A DNA stretch of 64,000 bases from Nocardioides sp. Lineage in GTDB: Bacteria > Actinomycetota > Actinomycetes > Propionibacteriales > Nocardioidaceae. The stretch is from the NCBI GenBank assembly GCA_030145945.1, contig JASLDK010000119.1:8143-72142 (forward strand), read 5' to 3'. The number at the start of each line of letters is the position of its first letter. Positions within the stretch are counted from its first letter, which is position 1. Under the pieces are notes generated by a model. That model saw nothing but the letters and a program-made list of their open reading frames with translations. It did no database searches and was not told where the DNA came from. The position numbers and the translations under genes are program-made. Shown here piece after piece: positions 35,193 through 44,859 of this stretch.

Positions 35193-35966
35193 TCAGAGCA
35201 CGTAGCCGTAGCGCTTGAGCAACGCCACGGCCTTCGCGCGGTCATCGCCAGCCATTCGGTAGATGCCGGCGGGAGTGGGACGGCCAGCGCGAGCGAGCAC
35301 CTCGCCCGCATCCCGCAGCCCGGCTTTCTTGCGACGAACGTTCACGATCTGCCCGAAGTCGGCGCCGTCCCTGAGAGCCTGTGCGTCAGCCTTCGACAGC
35401 CCGGACACCTCGCCGCGCTCGAACATCGCCAGTGGGTCGATCGGCTCCAGTGGTGCGGCCACCGTGCAGGGCACCATCACGCAATCGCAGTTGGGGTGGC
35501 GCAGGAAGCCCTCGCTGTAGCGGTACACGCGACCGGCCAGCGCGACACAGCGCGAGCACGACGGCGGGGTGAGGTAGCGGACGTGGACGATGTGCGGTCG
35601 GACTGCTGTTGCCACCGACTCGGCTGAACGACCGGCGTCCTGCGTCAGCGACTCCACCAGCAGCTCGAACTCGGCATCCGTCTCGGTGGCGTCGATCATC
35701 GCCGTGGCGACATCAGGGGCCGTGGTGAAGGCGAGCGCGTTGAGCATCGCGTCCGCCTGAACGCTGACCTCCTGCTCAGCCAGCATCATCTGGACTGCGA
35801 ACTCAGCCGCGAACGCCTGCATGCCCTGATAGCGGGCGATCACCGCCAGGACGGCGTCGATGCCGCGCGGCCGGGCCTGGGCGGCGAGCTGGACGGCCTC
35901 GGCGGCGAGAAGCGCGGACTCGGCGTAGTGGCTACTGGCTGTTTGCAGGGACGTTGCTGCTGGCAC
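35193..35966 (-). CDS. MuF-like / capsid-maturation head protein
   Basis: SCSRCVALAG...FLRHPNCDC motif; follows the portal gene. Confidence 0.75.
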   Translation of the reverse strand: MPAATSLQTASSHYAESALLAAEAVQLAAQARPRGIDAVLAVIARYQGMQAFAAEFAVQMMLAEQEVSVQADAMLNALAFTTAPDVATAMIDATETDAEFELLVESLTQDAGRSAESVATAVRPHIVHVRYLTPPSCSRCVALAGRVYRYSEGFLRHPNCDCVMVPCTVAAPLEPIDPLAMFERGEVSGLSKADAQALRDGADFGQIVNVRRKKAGLRDAGEVLARAGRPTPAGIYRMAGDDRAKAVALLKRYGYVL

Positions 35967-37437
35967 GCGCCCTCACCTGGTTCAGCATCTCCTGCATGAT
36001 CGGGTCGGACTGTTCGGCCCGGATGCGCTGCATCTCGCGGTCGATCTCCGGCTCGGTCATGCCGTAACGGCGCTCGAGCACGGTCCGCAGCGACATGCCC
36101 ACAGCGCGGTCCTTCGCCGCCGCATCCGAGAGCTGCGTGAGCGACTGGATCGAGGCGTCCTTCCACTGCACGAAGCGCCGGCCGTTCGTTGCCGAGATCT
36201 GGGCCGCCAGTGCCTTGTTCTGGCGCACCAGGGCGAAGAGGCGCATCGTCTCCTTCGCGGGGGTGTTGTAGAACAACTGCTGGTCCTGGACCTTCGTCGT
36301 CAGCGGCGCCTCGGCAGCCGTAAGCGCATCGCCGTTGAGGTTCGCGAACTTCTCGTTCGTCAGCAGGTAGTGGCCCGGCGTCTGGGTCTGCCCGGCGATG
36401 TGGCCGAGCGCCCGGTTGATCTCGTTGCCGAACACGTCCAGCTTCGCCGCGTCCCACTGGTCGATGCGTGCATTCGTGCCCGCAGCCGGAAGGAAGAGCA
36501 ACCGCCCCTGCGCGAGATCCTCGAGCTTCGCAGGCTTCGAGCCGATGATCTGGCCCTTGTCGTCGAGCACGGGGATCTTCGGCGGGTCCGCGCCGAGCAC
36601 GACGCGCGCCGACATCGAAGCGTGGTCGGCTGCGGTGAACATGTAGGCCCACAGAGCGTTGATCGCGTCCTGCATGGCGATGACGCCGTCGATGTCGGAG
36701 ATCGGCTGCCCGCCAAGGAGAGGCCGGTTCTGCCACTCGACGATCGGGACCTCGCCGAGAGGGTTGGACAGCGGCCAGGTCTCGCCCGCCACCTCGCGGG
36801 GCTTCCATCCGCCCGAGCCGCCGCCAGTGAAGCTCGTCGGAAGGATGAACCCGCGCTCGATCAACCGCTCCTGCTGGATCTTCGACATCGTCGCCTGGCG
36901 CTCGAACTTGTACACGCCATCGGCGAGATACAGGGTCGCGTACTCGGTGTCGTCGTCGATCCACGCCTTGAGTGCCGCGCGCCGGATCCGTTGCGTCGGG
37001 TCGCAGTCGACGACCACCTGCGAGGGGTGTTCCCAGGTCGCTACCGGGTTGCCGTCGCCGTCGCCCCACACCAACACCGCAGAACGCTTCGAGACCGTCG
37101 AGGTCAGGAAGCCCTGCGAGGACTGGACCTCCATGTCGTTGACGTTCCAGTCCGACCAGAGCTGCTGCTCGTCATCGGTCAGGACGTCGGTCGGGGAGCC
37201 GATGCGGAAGCCGTCGATGCGGAGGCGATCCACAGGGGAGCGCCCCACAACACCGCACCAGTTGTCCGAGAAGCCCTTGTACCGGTCCTCATGGAACTGC
37301 CGCCACTCCTTCGTGGCATAGACGAGCGGCTGCTTGCCCTCGAAGTACTCGAACTGCCGATCGATCTCGGGACGGCGGTCGATGAGTCGTGAGTAGAGCT
37401 GGTCAACCTGCCGAATCGCCTGCTCGAGGGTCGTCAC
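35932..37437 (-). CDS. Portal protein (SPP1 gp6-like)
   Basis: YFEGKQPL, DNWCGVV, NPLGEVPIVE and QDAIN motifs. Confidence 0.92.
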   Translation of the reverse strand: MTTLEQAIRQVDQLYSRLIDRRPEIDRQFEYFEGKQPLVYATKEWRQFHEDRYKGFSDNWCGVVGRSPVDRLRIDGFRIGSPTDVLTDDEQQLWSDWNVNDMEVQSSQGFLTSTVSKRSAVLVWGDGDGNPVATWEHPSQVVVDCDPTQRIRRAALKAWIDDDTEYATLYLADGVYKFERQATMSKIQQERLIERGFILPTSFTGGGSGGWKPREVAGETWPLSNPLGEVPIVEWQNRPLLGGQPISDIDGVIAMQDAINALWAYMFTAADHASMSARVVLGADPPKIPVLDDKGQIIGSKPAKLEDLAQGRLLFLPAAGTNARIDQWDAAKLDVFGNEINRALGHIAGQTQTPGHYLLTNEKFANLNGDALTAAEAPLTTKVQDQQLFYNTPAKETMRLFALVRQNKALAAQISATNGRRFVQWKDASIQSLTQLSDAAAKDRAVGMSLRTVLERRYGMTEPEIDREMQRIRAEQSDPIMQEMLNQVRARASSNVPANSQ

Positions 37438-37455
37438 AATCGGCCCTCCTTTGAC

Positions 37456-39162
37456 TCAGATGAAGTAGACGAAGTTCTCCACGACCGGCCAGCCGGCCAA
37501 GGTGACGTCGCCCCACGCTTCGTGGGCAAGGATCGAGGGGATGGCCATGTCGATCTTTCGGCCATCACCCGGCTTGCGGAGGATGTAGCGGCCCGGCTGG
37601 TCAGCCGTGGGCCGCGGGGACTTGTGTGCGGCGGTGACGTGCTGCTCGGTGGTCTCGCAGCCGTCGTGCCAGAACTGCGAGTCCTTCTTCCCGAGGTCGA
37701 CGTACAGCCGCTCGCATGCGGCGTGCATTTGTGTCGGACGCTTGGTGTACCAGCGGATCACGACGTCATCGCCGTACTTCTCCGCGGCCGCATCGCACTC
37801 AGACTCCCAGTAGGGCGGGTCGAAGTAGGCCCGCGCCACCTTGAAGGTCGTCATGATGTGGTCCAGCCCGGCCATGACCTCGAGCCGCGGCACCTGGCCG
37901 CCGTGCTCGGCGGGGTTCCAGATCATCGGACGCCCATCGGGGAACGCCGGGGTGAACTGGTAGCCGTCGCGGGTCTCGCAGCGGAAGCCGGTCCAGTCGT
38001 CGGTGTCCGAGCCGTCGAAGCCGATCACGATCTGGGTGCCGGCGGCGACTTCCTGCCACTTCGCGCGGGCGGTCCAGCGCTCGGGAGGCATCCAGACGCC
38101 GTGACCAGCAAGAGCACGGTTGCCGTAGAAGCGCTCAGCCTGACCGGGGTCCTTCTCGCCGATCTCCAACGCCTCGGCCTCGATGCCGTCGATGTTGGTC
38201 TCGATGTGCGTGATGCCCTGGTAGACGTAGGTGAGGATCTTGCGACGCTCGCGCTTGTTCCAGAACGAGAACGGCCGCCCGTCAGGATGGCGCAACGACT
38301 GCTCACGATCCGGGTCCAGCCAGAACCGGAAGATGTCGGGCCGCTTGGACTCCCACGTCCGTTGCGCGACCGAATCCTCTCCGGGGTCGAACGGGTTCGT
38401 GGTCTCGATCGACCGGCCGCCCATCGCTGCTGCGCCGCGGCGCTGGGTCTCGGCGACCTTCCGGAGCTTGTTCGCGTCGGTGAAGAGTCCGGTCTCGTCC
38501 TGGCCGCACCAGATGATCGGGTTGCCCAGGCGAGACAGCGCCGATGAGGTGACCGTCTCGACCTTGCCGTCATTCGGCGTGCGAGTGAAGTCCTCACCGA
38601 CCCGGAACCGAGCCGCATCGCGGCCGTACTTCATCATCGCCTTGAGCGGGTCGTAGACGTTCTCGACCTGGTCGTCAGACGTGGCCAAGAGCTGCATCAG
38701 CGGCTTGGCCCAGGGCATCCCCATTGGCTCGCCCGGCTTGTAGACGTACTCCCAGCCGCAGCCGCAGCCATGGTCGGCGCACGCGTAGACCTCGCCGCCC
38801 TCGGCCCACCCGGCGAACAGCACGGGGCCTCCGGCCTGACCCTTCGCCTTCTTCGCCAGCCATGGACCCTTGCCGCACTTCTGCGGCCCGATGTACTGCA
38901 CGCGGCGGTAGTAGAACGCGCCGCTGAGTTGTCCGACCTTGGCGGTCGGCTTGATGCGATACCAGTTGACCGTCACCCACAGCTGTTGCGGGTACTCGGT
39001 GAACGGCTCGACCTCGCCGGACTCGTCACGGTGTACGCCACGAAGGGGATCCGAGACGACGCAATGGCGCTCTTCCCAGTCGATCGCAACCCACAAGACG
39101 GGGAAGTCGACGACCCAGGTGTCAGCGCCAGTCGTCCAGCGTCCGTCAGGCTCCCTTGCCAC
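37456..39162 (-). CDS. Terminase large subunit
   Basis: GPQKCGKG Walker A, QDETG Walker B, GFDGSDTDD nuclease motif and KID. Confidence 0.93.
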   Translation of the reverse strand: MAREPDGRWTTGADTWVVDFPVLWVAIDWEERHCVVSDPLRGVHRDESGEVEPFTEYPQQLWVTVNWYRIKPTAKVGQLSGAFYYRRVQYIGPQKCGKGPWLAKKAKGQAGGPVLFAGWAEGGEVYACADHGCGCGWEYVYKPGEPMGMPWAKPLMQLLATSDDQVENVYDPLKAMMKYGRDAARFRVGEDFTRTPNDGKVETVTSSALSRLGNPIIWCGQDETGLFTDANKLRKVAETQRRGAAAMGGRSIETTNPFDPGEDSVAQRTWESKRPDIFRFWLDPDREQSLRHPDGRPFSFWNKRERRKILTYVYQGITHIETNIDGIEAEALEIGEKDPGQAERFYGNRALAGHGVWMPPERWTARAKWQEVAAGTQIVIGFDGSDTDDWTGFRCETRDGYQFTPAFPDGRPMIWNPAEHGGQVPRLEVMAGLDHIMTTFKVARAYFDPPYWESECDAAAEKYGDDVVIRWYTKRPTQMHAACERLYVDLGKKDSQFWHDGCETTEQHVTAAHKSPRPTADQPGRYILRKPGDGRKIDMAIPSILAHEAWGDVTLAGWPVVENFVYFI

Positions 39163-39622
39163 CCGTGACGACCTTCATCCGGTCGCGAGCACTGGACGAC
39201 GTGGCCGGGGCGCGCTTCTCCTCGCGCTTCTCTGCGACCTCGTCGGAGGCGATCTGGATGTGTGCCCGGTCCTTCGCGTCCTGAGTCAAGAACAGGTCGG
39301 CCATCATCAGCCGCACCGTCTTGCGGTTCTCCGCAGAAGCCTTGGTGACCTCGGCTTCGGCGAACATCCGCAGCGTCAACGCCACGTAGTCGATGTCCAC
39401 CAGGCCGCCCGGACCCCAGAGCAGCGCCTCGGGCTTACGCCACCAGCGCTCCCACAGCACGAGCTCGCGGGGAGTCGCCTCAGTCAGCGGCCAGTCCGGC
39501 GTCGGACCTTCGCGACCCTCCGCCGGCAAAGTCGTCCAGGTCGGATCGTCCTTGCGAGCACGTCGAAGCGCGTTCGGATCCTGCTTCGGGCCGGATCGTG
39601 AACGAGCGCCACCACTCGGCAT
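39146..39622 (-). CDS. Terminase small subunit
   Basis: MPSGGARSRSGP...P.WPL...WERWWRKPEA pattern; overlaps terL. Confidence 0.8.
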   Translation of the reverse strand: MPSGGARSRSGPKQDPNALRRARKDDPTWTTLPAEGREGPTPDWPLTEATPRELVLWERWWRKPEALLWGPGGLVDIDYVALTLRMFAEAEVTKASAENRKTVRLMMADLFLTQDAKDRAHIQIASDEVAEKREEKRAPATSSSARDRMKVVTGGKGA

Positions 39623-39798
39623 GGTCATCAACTCCTCCGCGGCCTTGCGCCACGTCGAATCCCGCACTCGCCTTGCGCGGCGCGGCTATGCATCTGGTGC
39701 TATGAGCGAGCCCTTTGAACCTGACGGACTTCTCGGACGCCTCCCCCGCGGTCCTGCTCGGACCGAGCCTCGGGGTCACCCCCCTGGGTCAGAAAGAA

Positions 39799-40146
39799 TT
39801 ACCCGTCCGATGAGATATTCGCGTGGCTCTCGTGCGTACATCCGCCTCGCGTGTTGGCGAGGTTGCACTTGAGGTGCTCGGGTCCGTGGATCACAGCGCG
39901 GTTGTCGTCGCAGTGTCCGAGCGAGTAGTCGTGCGGAAGGATCGGCTTGTCACAACGCCAGCACACGAACGTCGTGCCGTTGCGCATCGCCTGTACGTCG
40001 GCGCTGCGCTGCTGGTCATAGTCGCGGTCGTAGCCACGCTGCTGCCGTGTGCCTCGCGCCTTGTCCCGCTCGCGTCGATGCTGGTCACAGCGACCTGACT
40101 GGACGAGCTCGGGGCAACCAGGTTGCGAGCAGACCCTGAGGGCCAT
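39799..40146 (-). CDS. HNH endonuclease (packaging-associated)
   Basis: CSQPGCP..GRC, RGY, CWRC, LGHCD and GPEHLKCN; upstream of terS. Confidence 0.82.
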   Translation of the reverse strand: MALRVCSQPGCPELVQSGRCDQHRRERDKARGTRQQRGYDRDYDQQRSADVQAMRNGTTFVCWRCDKPILPHDYSLGHCDDNRAVIHGPEHLKCNLANTRGGCTHESHANISSDG

Positions 40147-40165
40147 CGCTCACCCCCCGCAGTTG

Positions 40166-40369
40166 TCAGGGCAGTTCGTCACGCACGCTCTCGGCCAAGA
40201 TGCGCGCCTGCTCTCCGAGGATCGCGAGCGTCGCGTGCTCCTCGACGAGCCGGTCTGCTCGCCACCGTTCGCCACAGTCTGGGCAATCGTTCGGACTGCC
40301 TAGTCGCGCGCAGGTGCCGTAGTGGCCGCTGATCTGCTGTGGCAGCGGTTCGCTCATCACGCCCGCCAT
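40166..40369 (-). CDS. Phage hypothetical protein
   Basis: Short Cys/His-containing ORF in the co-directional array. Confidence 0.4.
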   Translation of the reverse strand: MAGVMSEPLPQQISGHYGTCARLGSPNDCPDCGERWRADRLVEEHATLAILGEQARILAESVRDELP

Positions 40370-40689
40370 GCCTCGTCGTACCCAGCCCGGTCGGCGTAGG
40401 GCAGCGCGAGAAACATCAGGACACGATCGCTGGCACCGGCGGCGAGGGCGTAGGCGTCTTCGTCTCGGCGCTGATCGGCGTACTCGTGCAGCTTCGCGTT
40501 GTGCTCCACGATCCGCCGCTTGGCCTGGCAGTCAGCGAGCACGCGAGCGACCCACTCCCGCTCTTCGGCCGCAAGGGCGTCGTACTCCCGCGCGCCAACA
40601 ACGCGGTCAGTGCCGACGAGCTCGGCTCCGCGCCATGGATCAGCCTCATCGGCCTCGATCTGCGCCAGCAGGAACTCGGTGATCGTCAC
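40357..40689 (-). CDS. DUF6221-family protein
   Basis: ITEFLLAQIEADE...RVLADCQAKRRIV...LALPYADRAGYDEAW. Confidence 0.75.
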   Translation of the reverse strand: MTITEFLLAQIEADEADPWRGAELVGTDRVVGAREYDALAAEEREWVARVLADCQAKRRIVEHNAKLHEYADQRRDEDAYALAAGASDRVLMFLALPYADRAGYDEAWRA

Positions 40690-40756
40690 GGGTTCACCTG
40701 CATTTGGGCGCACGGATTCTGGTACGTGCGAATGGTGACACGACTCGGGGTCATGT

Positions 40757-41830
40757 TCAAACACTCCTCTCTTCGCGTGTCTCGTAGGTCGCCGAGAGCA
40801 GTGCTCGGATCTCGCCATATCGGAACACCGGCTGGTCGTCACGGCTGCCCGAGGCAGTGATGCGCTTGCGCTTGTGCCAAGTGTTCACCAGTGCTCGCAC
40901 CCGCTCCCGGGGCTGCTCGATGCCGAGATACGTCGCGAGCTTGGCGATCTCCGCGGCCGTGACGAGCTGGTCGTCGAGTGCCTTCTCCAGCGCCTCGCGT
41001 GACTCGGTGACGCCGTAGGGCTTGCGGCATTCGCGGCAGTAGCCGACCTCGACACCGTCGCGCGCGTACACCGGGCCGGAGCATTCCTCGAGCCGTAGCG
41101 TTGCGCCCTCGCCGGCCCACACGGTTGCGGTGCACCAGCCGAGGAACACCTTGGGCGGTGGGTTGTCCACGATGGCGAGGGTGTCGCCTTCGATATGCCG
41201 CAGGTTGCGCAGCGTGTCGGTCCAGGCATCATCGTGGGCCAGGAGCTGGATGTGCGTGAGCAGCCAGCGCGACATGGCGGCAAGGTCGGGCTTCTCGTCG
41301 TCACTGCCGGGTAGATCGAGGTCATGGTCTTCGGTGAGCATGTGGGTCGTGGTGCTGAGCTCGTTGCGCAGGGCGTCGAGCGTTTCGGATGCTCGGTCGT
41401 TCCATGGCAGGCCGTCGTCTCCGCGCGCAGCTCCCGCACGCTTGGCACGCTGGCCGGTGATGGCGAGGTCGAGCTGCTCGGCGAGCCAGGGTGTGTCTCC
41501 GAGGATGCGCTCCATCTCGGTCACGCACTCGGGACAGCCGGTGGCGTTGTCGTGGAGCGGGAGGCCGCAGGCGCATTGGTCGGCGGGTGGCTTTGCGTAG
41601 AGCCGGAGTGTGGGTCGCTCTTGGCCGGGTGGGACTTCGGGCCAGAGTGGGACGACGCGCAGAATGGCGTTCTCCGGCATCGCGATGATGTCGGTGGACC
41701 CTGGGCCCACCGAACTGCTGTTTGTTTCCCTGTAGGCATCCTCGGCAGCCTGACGGGCGTCCGTGGGGCAGTGGTCGCATTCCATGACAGGCAGGTCGGA
41801 CCATTCGCAGCGGTCGATGGTGGTGCTCAC
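40757..41830 (-). CDS. Zn-ribbon/HTH protein, probable late transcriptional regulator
   Basis: Multiple CxxC motifs and C-terminal VTAAEIA...VNTWHKR...PVFRYGEI; position before the packaging genes. Confidence 0.6.
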   Translation of the reverse strand: MSTTIDRCEWSDLPVMECDHCPTDARQAAEDAYRETNSSSVGPGSTDIIAMPENAILRVVPLWPEVPPGQERPTLRLYAKPPADQCACGLPLHDNATGCPECVTEMERILGDTPWLAEQLDLAITGQRAKRAGAARGDDGLPWNDRASETLDALRNELSTTTHMLTEDHDLDLPGSDDEKPDLAAMSRWLLTHIQLLAHDDAWTDTLRNLRHIEGDTLAIVDNPPPKVFLGWCTATVWAGEGATLRLEECSGPVYARDGVEVGYCRECRKPYGVTESREALEKALDDQLVTAAEIAKLATYLGIEQPRERVRALVNTWHKRKRITASGSRDDQPVFRYGEIRALLSATYETREERSV

Positions 41831-42003
41831 TGGACCTCCTTGAACGTCGCCTTGCAGCGGTAGCAGCGCACGAGGTGCAGGACGCTTCGCCCAGCCCCGT
41901 CGCGCACCACGGTGGCGTCGAGGTCGTGTCCCTCGCGGTCGCATTCCTGCCGGGCGAGGATCTGCTTCGCCTCGGCCAAGGTGTAGCGCTCCTCGGTGCT
42001 CAA
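41827..42003 (-). CDS. Phage hypothetical protein (58 aa)
   Basis: TTGA/GTGA-coupled; C...GH and CYRC motifs. Confidence 0.5.
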   Translation of the reverse strand: MSTEERYTLAEAKQILARQECDREGHDLDATVVRDGAGRSVLHLVRCYRCKATFKEVQ

Positions 42004-42458
42004 CTCTCGTCCTCCTCGGTCTCGGTGCTGGCTTGTGCGGCGTGCAGGGCTTCCCTCGCGGCGCGGTACTCGGCGGGCGGCTCGGTGACGGGTCGTGGTC
42101 GCTGGACTGGCGTCTCGTCGCCTGCTAGCCGGTCCGCTGCGCATCCGCCGCAGTTGGTCGCGCGCTGGCCGGGGTGCAGGTCGCACTCCTCGGCGCGCTT
42201 GGGCGGCTCCCAGCGTCCATCCGGCTTGGGCAGCTCGGGCCGGAACGGCCGCTTGATCGCGGCGGGTGTCTTGGCCTCGGGGTCGCAGGCGTGGTGCAGG
42301 ACGAGCTCGACGGCGGTCGGCAGGTGCATGCCCTTGAGGTAGTCGGCGAACGCGATGTGGGTGCCGTGCGGGTCCCAGGGTCCGGCGCCGTGGGTGTCTT
42401 GGCGCAGGCGGAGGGCGATGTGTTCGAGGGCGCGCACGTCTTGGTCAGTGGCGCTCAT
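42000..42458 (-). CDS. Phage hypothetical protein
   Basis: 152 aa, coupled to neighbours; C..H...C..C motif. Confidence 0.65.
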   Translation of the reverse strand: MSATDQDVRALEHIALRLRQDTHGAGPWDPHGTHIAFADYLKGMHLPTAVELVLHHACDPEAKTPAAIKRPFRPELPKPDGRWEPPKRAEECDLHPGQRATNCGGCAADRLAGDETPVQRPRPVTEPPAEYRAAREALHAAQASTETEEDES

Positions 42459-42910
42459 GCGATCGCCTGTGCCTCGGTTGGCGCGTGGTCGAACCCTGCC
42501 TCCGGAAGCGGCCGAACGGCCAGTACTTCGCGGACATCGAGCACGCCGGCGCGTGACGGGTGCGGGTCGTGCCAGAGCTCGCCGTTGCGGTAGACGACCT
42601 GGTGAACGACGCCGCGAGGACTCATCCCCGCAACGAGAAGCAGTTCATCGCGCTCGCCTTCCGTGACGTCATTGAGCTCGACGACCCATTGGCCCTTGCC
42701 AGCGAGGAAGCCGAGCAGCATGGCCCACCAGTGGTTCCCGCGGCTGGCGCTGTGGGGGTCTTCCGAGTCGCCGTAGGCGATGCCGAACTCGATGAAGTGC
42801 GGGACCTTGGCCAACGGGATGTCGAGCACGGAAGCGACTGCGGCCGCGACACAGTTCCCGAGGCGCTTCGAGTCGCCAACGAAGATCGTCTGGTCGATGT
42901 GCGCCATCAT
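42455..42910 (-). CDS. Phage protein with papain/C39-like Cys-His-Asp motifs
   Basis: GNCVAAAVAS...HQVVY...WHDPHPS. Confidence 0.55.
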   Translation of the reverse strand: MMAHIDQTIFVGDSKRLGNCVAAAVASVLDIPLAKVPHFIEFGIAYGDSEDPHSASRGNHWWAMLLGFLAGKGQWVVELNDVTEGERDELLLVAGMSPRGVVHQVVYRNGELWHDPHPSRAGVLDVREVLAVRPLPEAGFDHAPTEAQAIA

Positions 42911-43185
42911 CGACCACCGCCACAGACGCATGCCTGCCCCTGGATCAGCAGCCGTCCGCAGGACGGGCAGCGAGCGAAGGTGCCGCCTCCGTTGCCCGTG
43001 GGCTGGTCATCCATCGTCGGAGCGGGCGAGTGGCTGCCGGTCGCTGCGATGGTCGCGGGCCTCGCGTCTACTACCGCAACGATGGATGCGGCCTGACGGC
43101 CGTTTCCCCTCCTACTCCTACTCCTACTCCTACTCAGGGGAACATTACGGGCGAGTAAGTTCGGAGACTTTCGTGAATTACTCAT
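42907..43185 (-). CDS. Low-complexity ORF spanning the GAGTAG repeats (possible detached replication-protein linker)
   Basis: ATGA-coupled to the upstream ORF; SRSRSRSR tract. Confidence 0.4.
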   Translation of the reverse strand: MSNSRKSPNLLARNVPLSRSRSRSRRGNGRQAASIVAVVDARPATIAATGSHSPAPTMDDQPTGNGGGTFARCPSCGRLLIQGQACVCGGGR

Positions 43186-43538
43186 GAAAACAGGACCTCC
43201 TCAGAGGGTGGCGGGAGCGTGCTCGGAGTGGGGTGCGGCGGCTTCTGATGGCGTGCCCAGCCGCGCAGCCAGCCGTAAGTGCCGCCGTTGACGCGGTAGA
43301 TCACGACCATGCCTTCGGTCTCGATCTCGGCCAGCCACTTCTTGATCCGGGCTGGCGGAAGCTCGTCGTAGGGGAATAGCTCGCCACCGATCGCGGCTGG
43401 AGTCGCGACGAATCGCCCTTCGTCGTCGGCCATCTTTGTGATGAGGCCAGCGAGTACGAGCCGGGCATCACGCGACAGATGGCACACCTTGTCGTCGTCC
43501 CAGAACGATGTCTTGAGCGGTCTCGCCTTGCGGGCCAC
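43182..43538 (-). CDS. Phage replication initiator-like protein (N-terminal winged-helix domain only)
   Basis: RPLKTSFWDD..V..LSRDARL....LITKMADDEGR...W.RHQK...PS.LPPP. Confidence 0.7.
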   Translation of the reverse strand: MARKARPLKTSFWDDDKVCHLSRDARLVLAGLITKMADDEGRFVATPAAIGGELFPYDELPPARIKKWLAEIETEGMVVIYRVNGGTYGWLRGWARHQKPPHPTPSTLPPPSEEVLFS

Positions 43539-43780
43539 TAGCTCGCCTTCCTCTCGCGCTTCCTGATGCGTTCTCGTGCCGCGTGGGCGGCCTTGCAGTC
43601 CTCGCACGGCGTCTCGCCCTGCCGTAGATGTCGGCTGTAGGCGGACTCGGTGCCGCACGCTGGGATGCCCTTGCAGCGATGACGCTTGGGCTTGGCTGTG
43701 ATCTCGCGGATCTCCGCGTCGACTCGCGCTCGTAGCGTCAGGAGCTTCGCGAGTCGCGCATCGTCGTCCAGAACGTTCAT
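43538..43780 (-). CDS. Small Cys/His protein (CGT...Y.RH..GE..C..C)
   Basis: ACGTESAYSRHLRQGETPCEDC. Confidence 0.65.
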   Translation of the reverse strand: MNVLDDDARLAKLLTLRARVDAEIREITAKPKRHRCKGIPACGTESAYSRHLRQGETPCEDCKAAHAARERIRKRERKAS

Positions 43781-44136
43781 GCCGCTCGCCTCCGGTCGAA
43801 CTTGGCGACGATGGCGGCGCCCATGTTGGCGGCGTTGTGGTCGCGCGGGTTCCGGGCGGCCAGTTGCCGCAGCTCGTCTCCGAGGCCGTGGCGGTAGCAG
43901 AACTTCTCCAGCGTGCTCATGCCGATGCCGAGCCGGGCTGCCGCTCCGACCGCGCTCTCGCCGGTCTGCGCCAGCCAGCGGACATCCTCGGCGCGGGCAT
44001 CGTTGTCGGCGGTCGCTCGGGCTCGGTTGCTGCATGCCTTCCGGTCGGCGCAGATCCAGCCGACCTCACTGGGCCGCGCGAGCCTCGGATAGAGGTCGCG
44101 TTCGCAGCGGTGACAGGTGGCCCAGGGCGGCGTCAT
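43777..44136 (-). CDS. Phage hypothetical Zn/HTH protein
   Basis: CHRC...C....C plus AAARLGIGMSTLEK HTH-like segment. Confidence 0.6.
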   Translation of the reverse strand: MTPPWATCHRCERDLYPRLARPSEVGWICADRKACSNRARATADNDARAEDVRWLAQTGESAVGAAARLGIGMSTLEKFCYRHGLGDELRQLAARNPRDHNAANMGAAIVAKFDRRRAA

Positions 44137-44382
44137 GATGCCCGTCCCTTCGTGGGCCGCATGATCAGCCCGTCCTGCACCCAGTCGCCGGTGTAGATGT
44201 CCTCGGGGTCCAGGGGGACGTCGGCGAGTGGTCGGATGATCGGTGGTCGGCGGCTCACGACGGGACCGCCTTCGACCACACGGTGTGCCCGCTCTTGGCG
44301 TGCTTCTCGGCGCTGGCGTCGGTGTCCCCGGTGGCTTCGCAGTCGCGGCAGGTCCAGGCGTAGGCGAGGTGGATCTTGGCGC

Positions 44383-44859
44383 TCACGGTGCCTCCCGTGT
44401 GGCCGCGGCGGGAGTCATCAGGTCATTGAGCTCGGTCATGCAACGGCGTAGCCAGGTCAGGACGTGCTCGACGCGATCATGGATGCTGGGGTCGATCTGC
44501 CAGACGAGCAGTGAGAGGCGTGCTTGCGCGAGGAACTTGAGCCATGCGTCCTCTCGGGCGGCGACCTCGAAGCGGTCGGCGGGAAACTCTGGTGCTGGGG
44601 CGCTCGGCAGCACGGCTGCGGGGAGCTCGAAGAGCGGGAGCTGCTCCGCAACGGGCCCCGGCGCTGCGAGCGGCTCATGCTTGGGCTGCGGCTGCCTCTT
44701 GGTGTCGCAGTAGTCCCGCATCGCTTCGTCGCGGGTTGCTCGCATGGGTCCGCCGAGGATGGAGCGGTATCCGGCGACGGGACCACTGAAGCGTGACCCG
44801 ACGACGCGAACGGAATCCGGGGAATGGATCCAGCCGCAGCGGGGGCAGGGCTCGCTCAT
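44383..44859 (-). CDS. Phage hypothetical protein
   Basis: 158 aa, ATGA-coupled to the methylase. Confidence 0.55.
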   Translation of the reverse strand: MSEPCPRCGWIHSPDSVRVVGSRFSGPVAGYRSILGGPMRATRDEAMRDYCDTKRQPQPKHEPLAAPGPVAEQLPLFELPAAVLPSAPAPEFPADRFEVAAREDAWLKFLAQARLSLLVWQIDPSIHDRVEHVLTWLRRCMTELNDLMTPAAATREAP

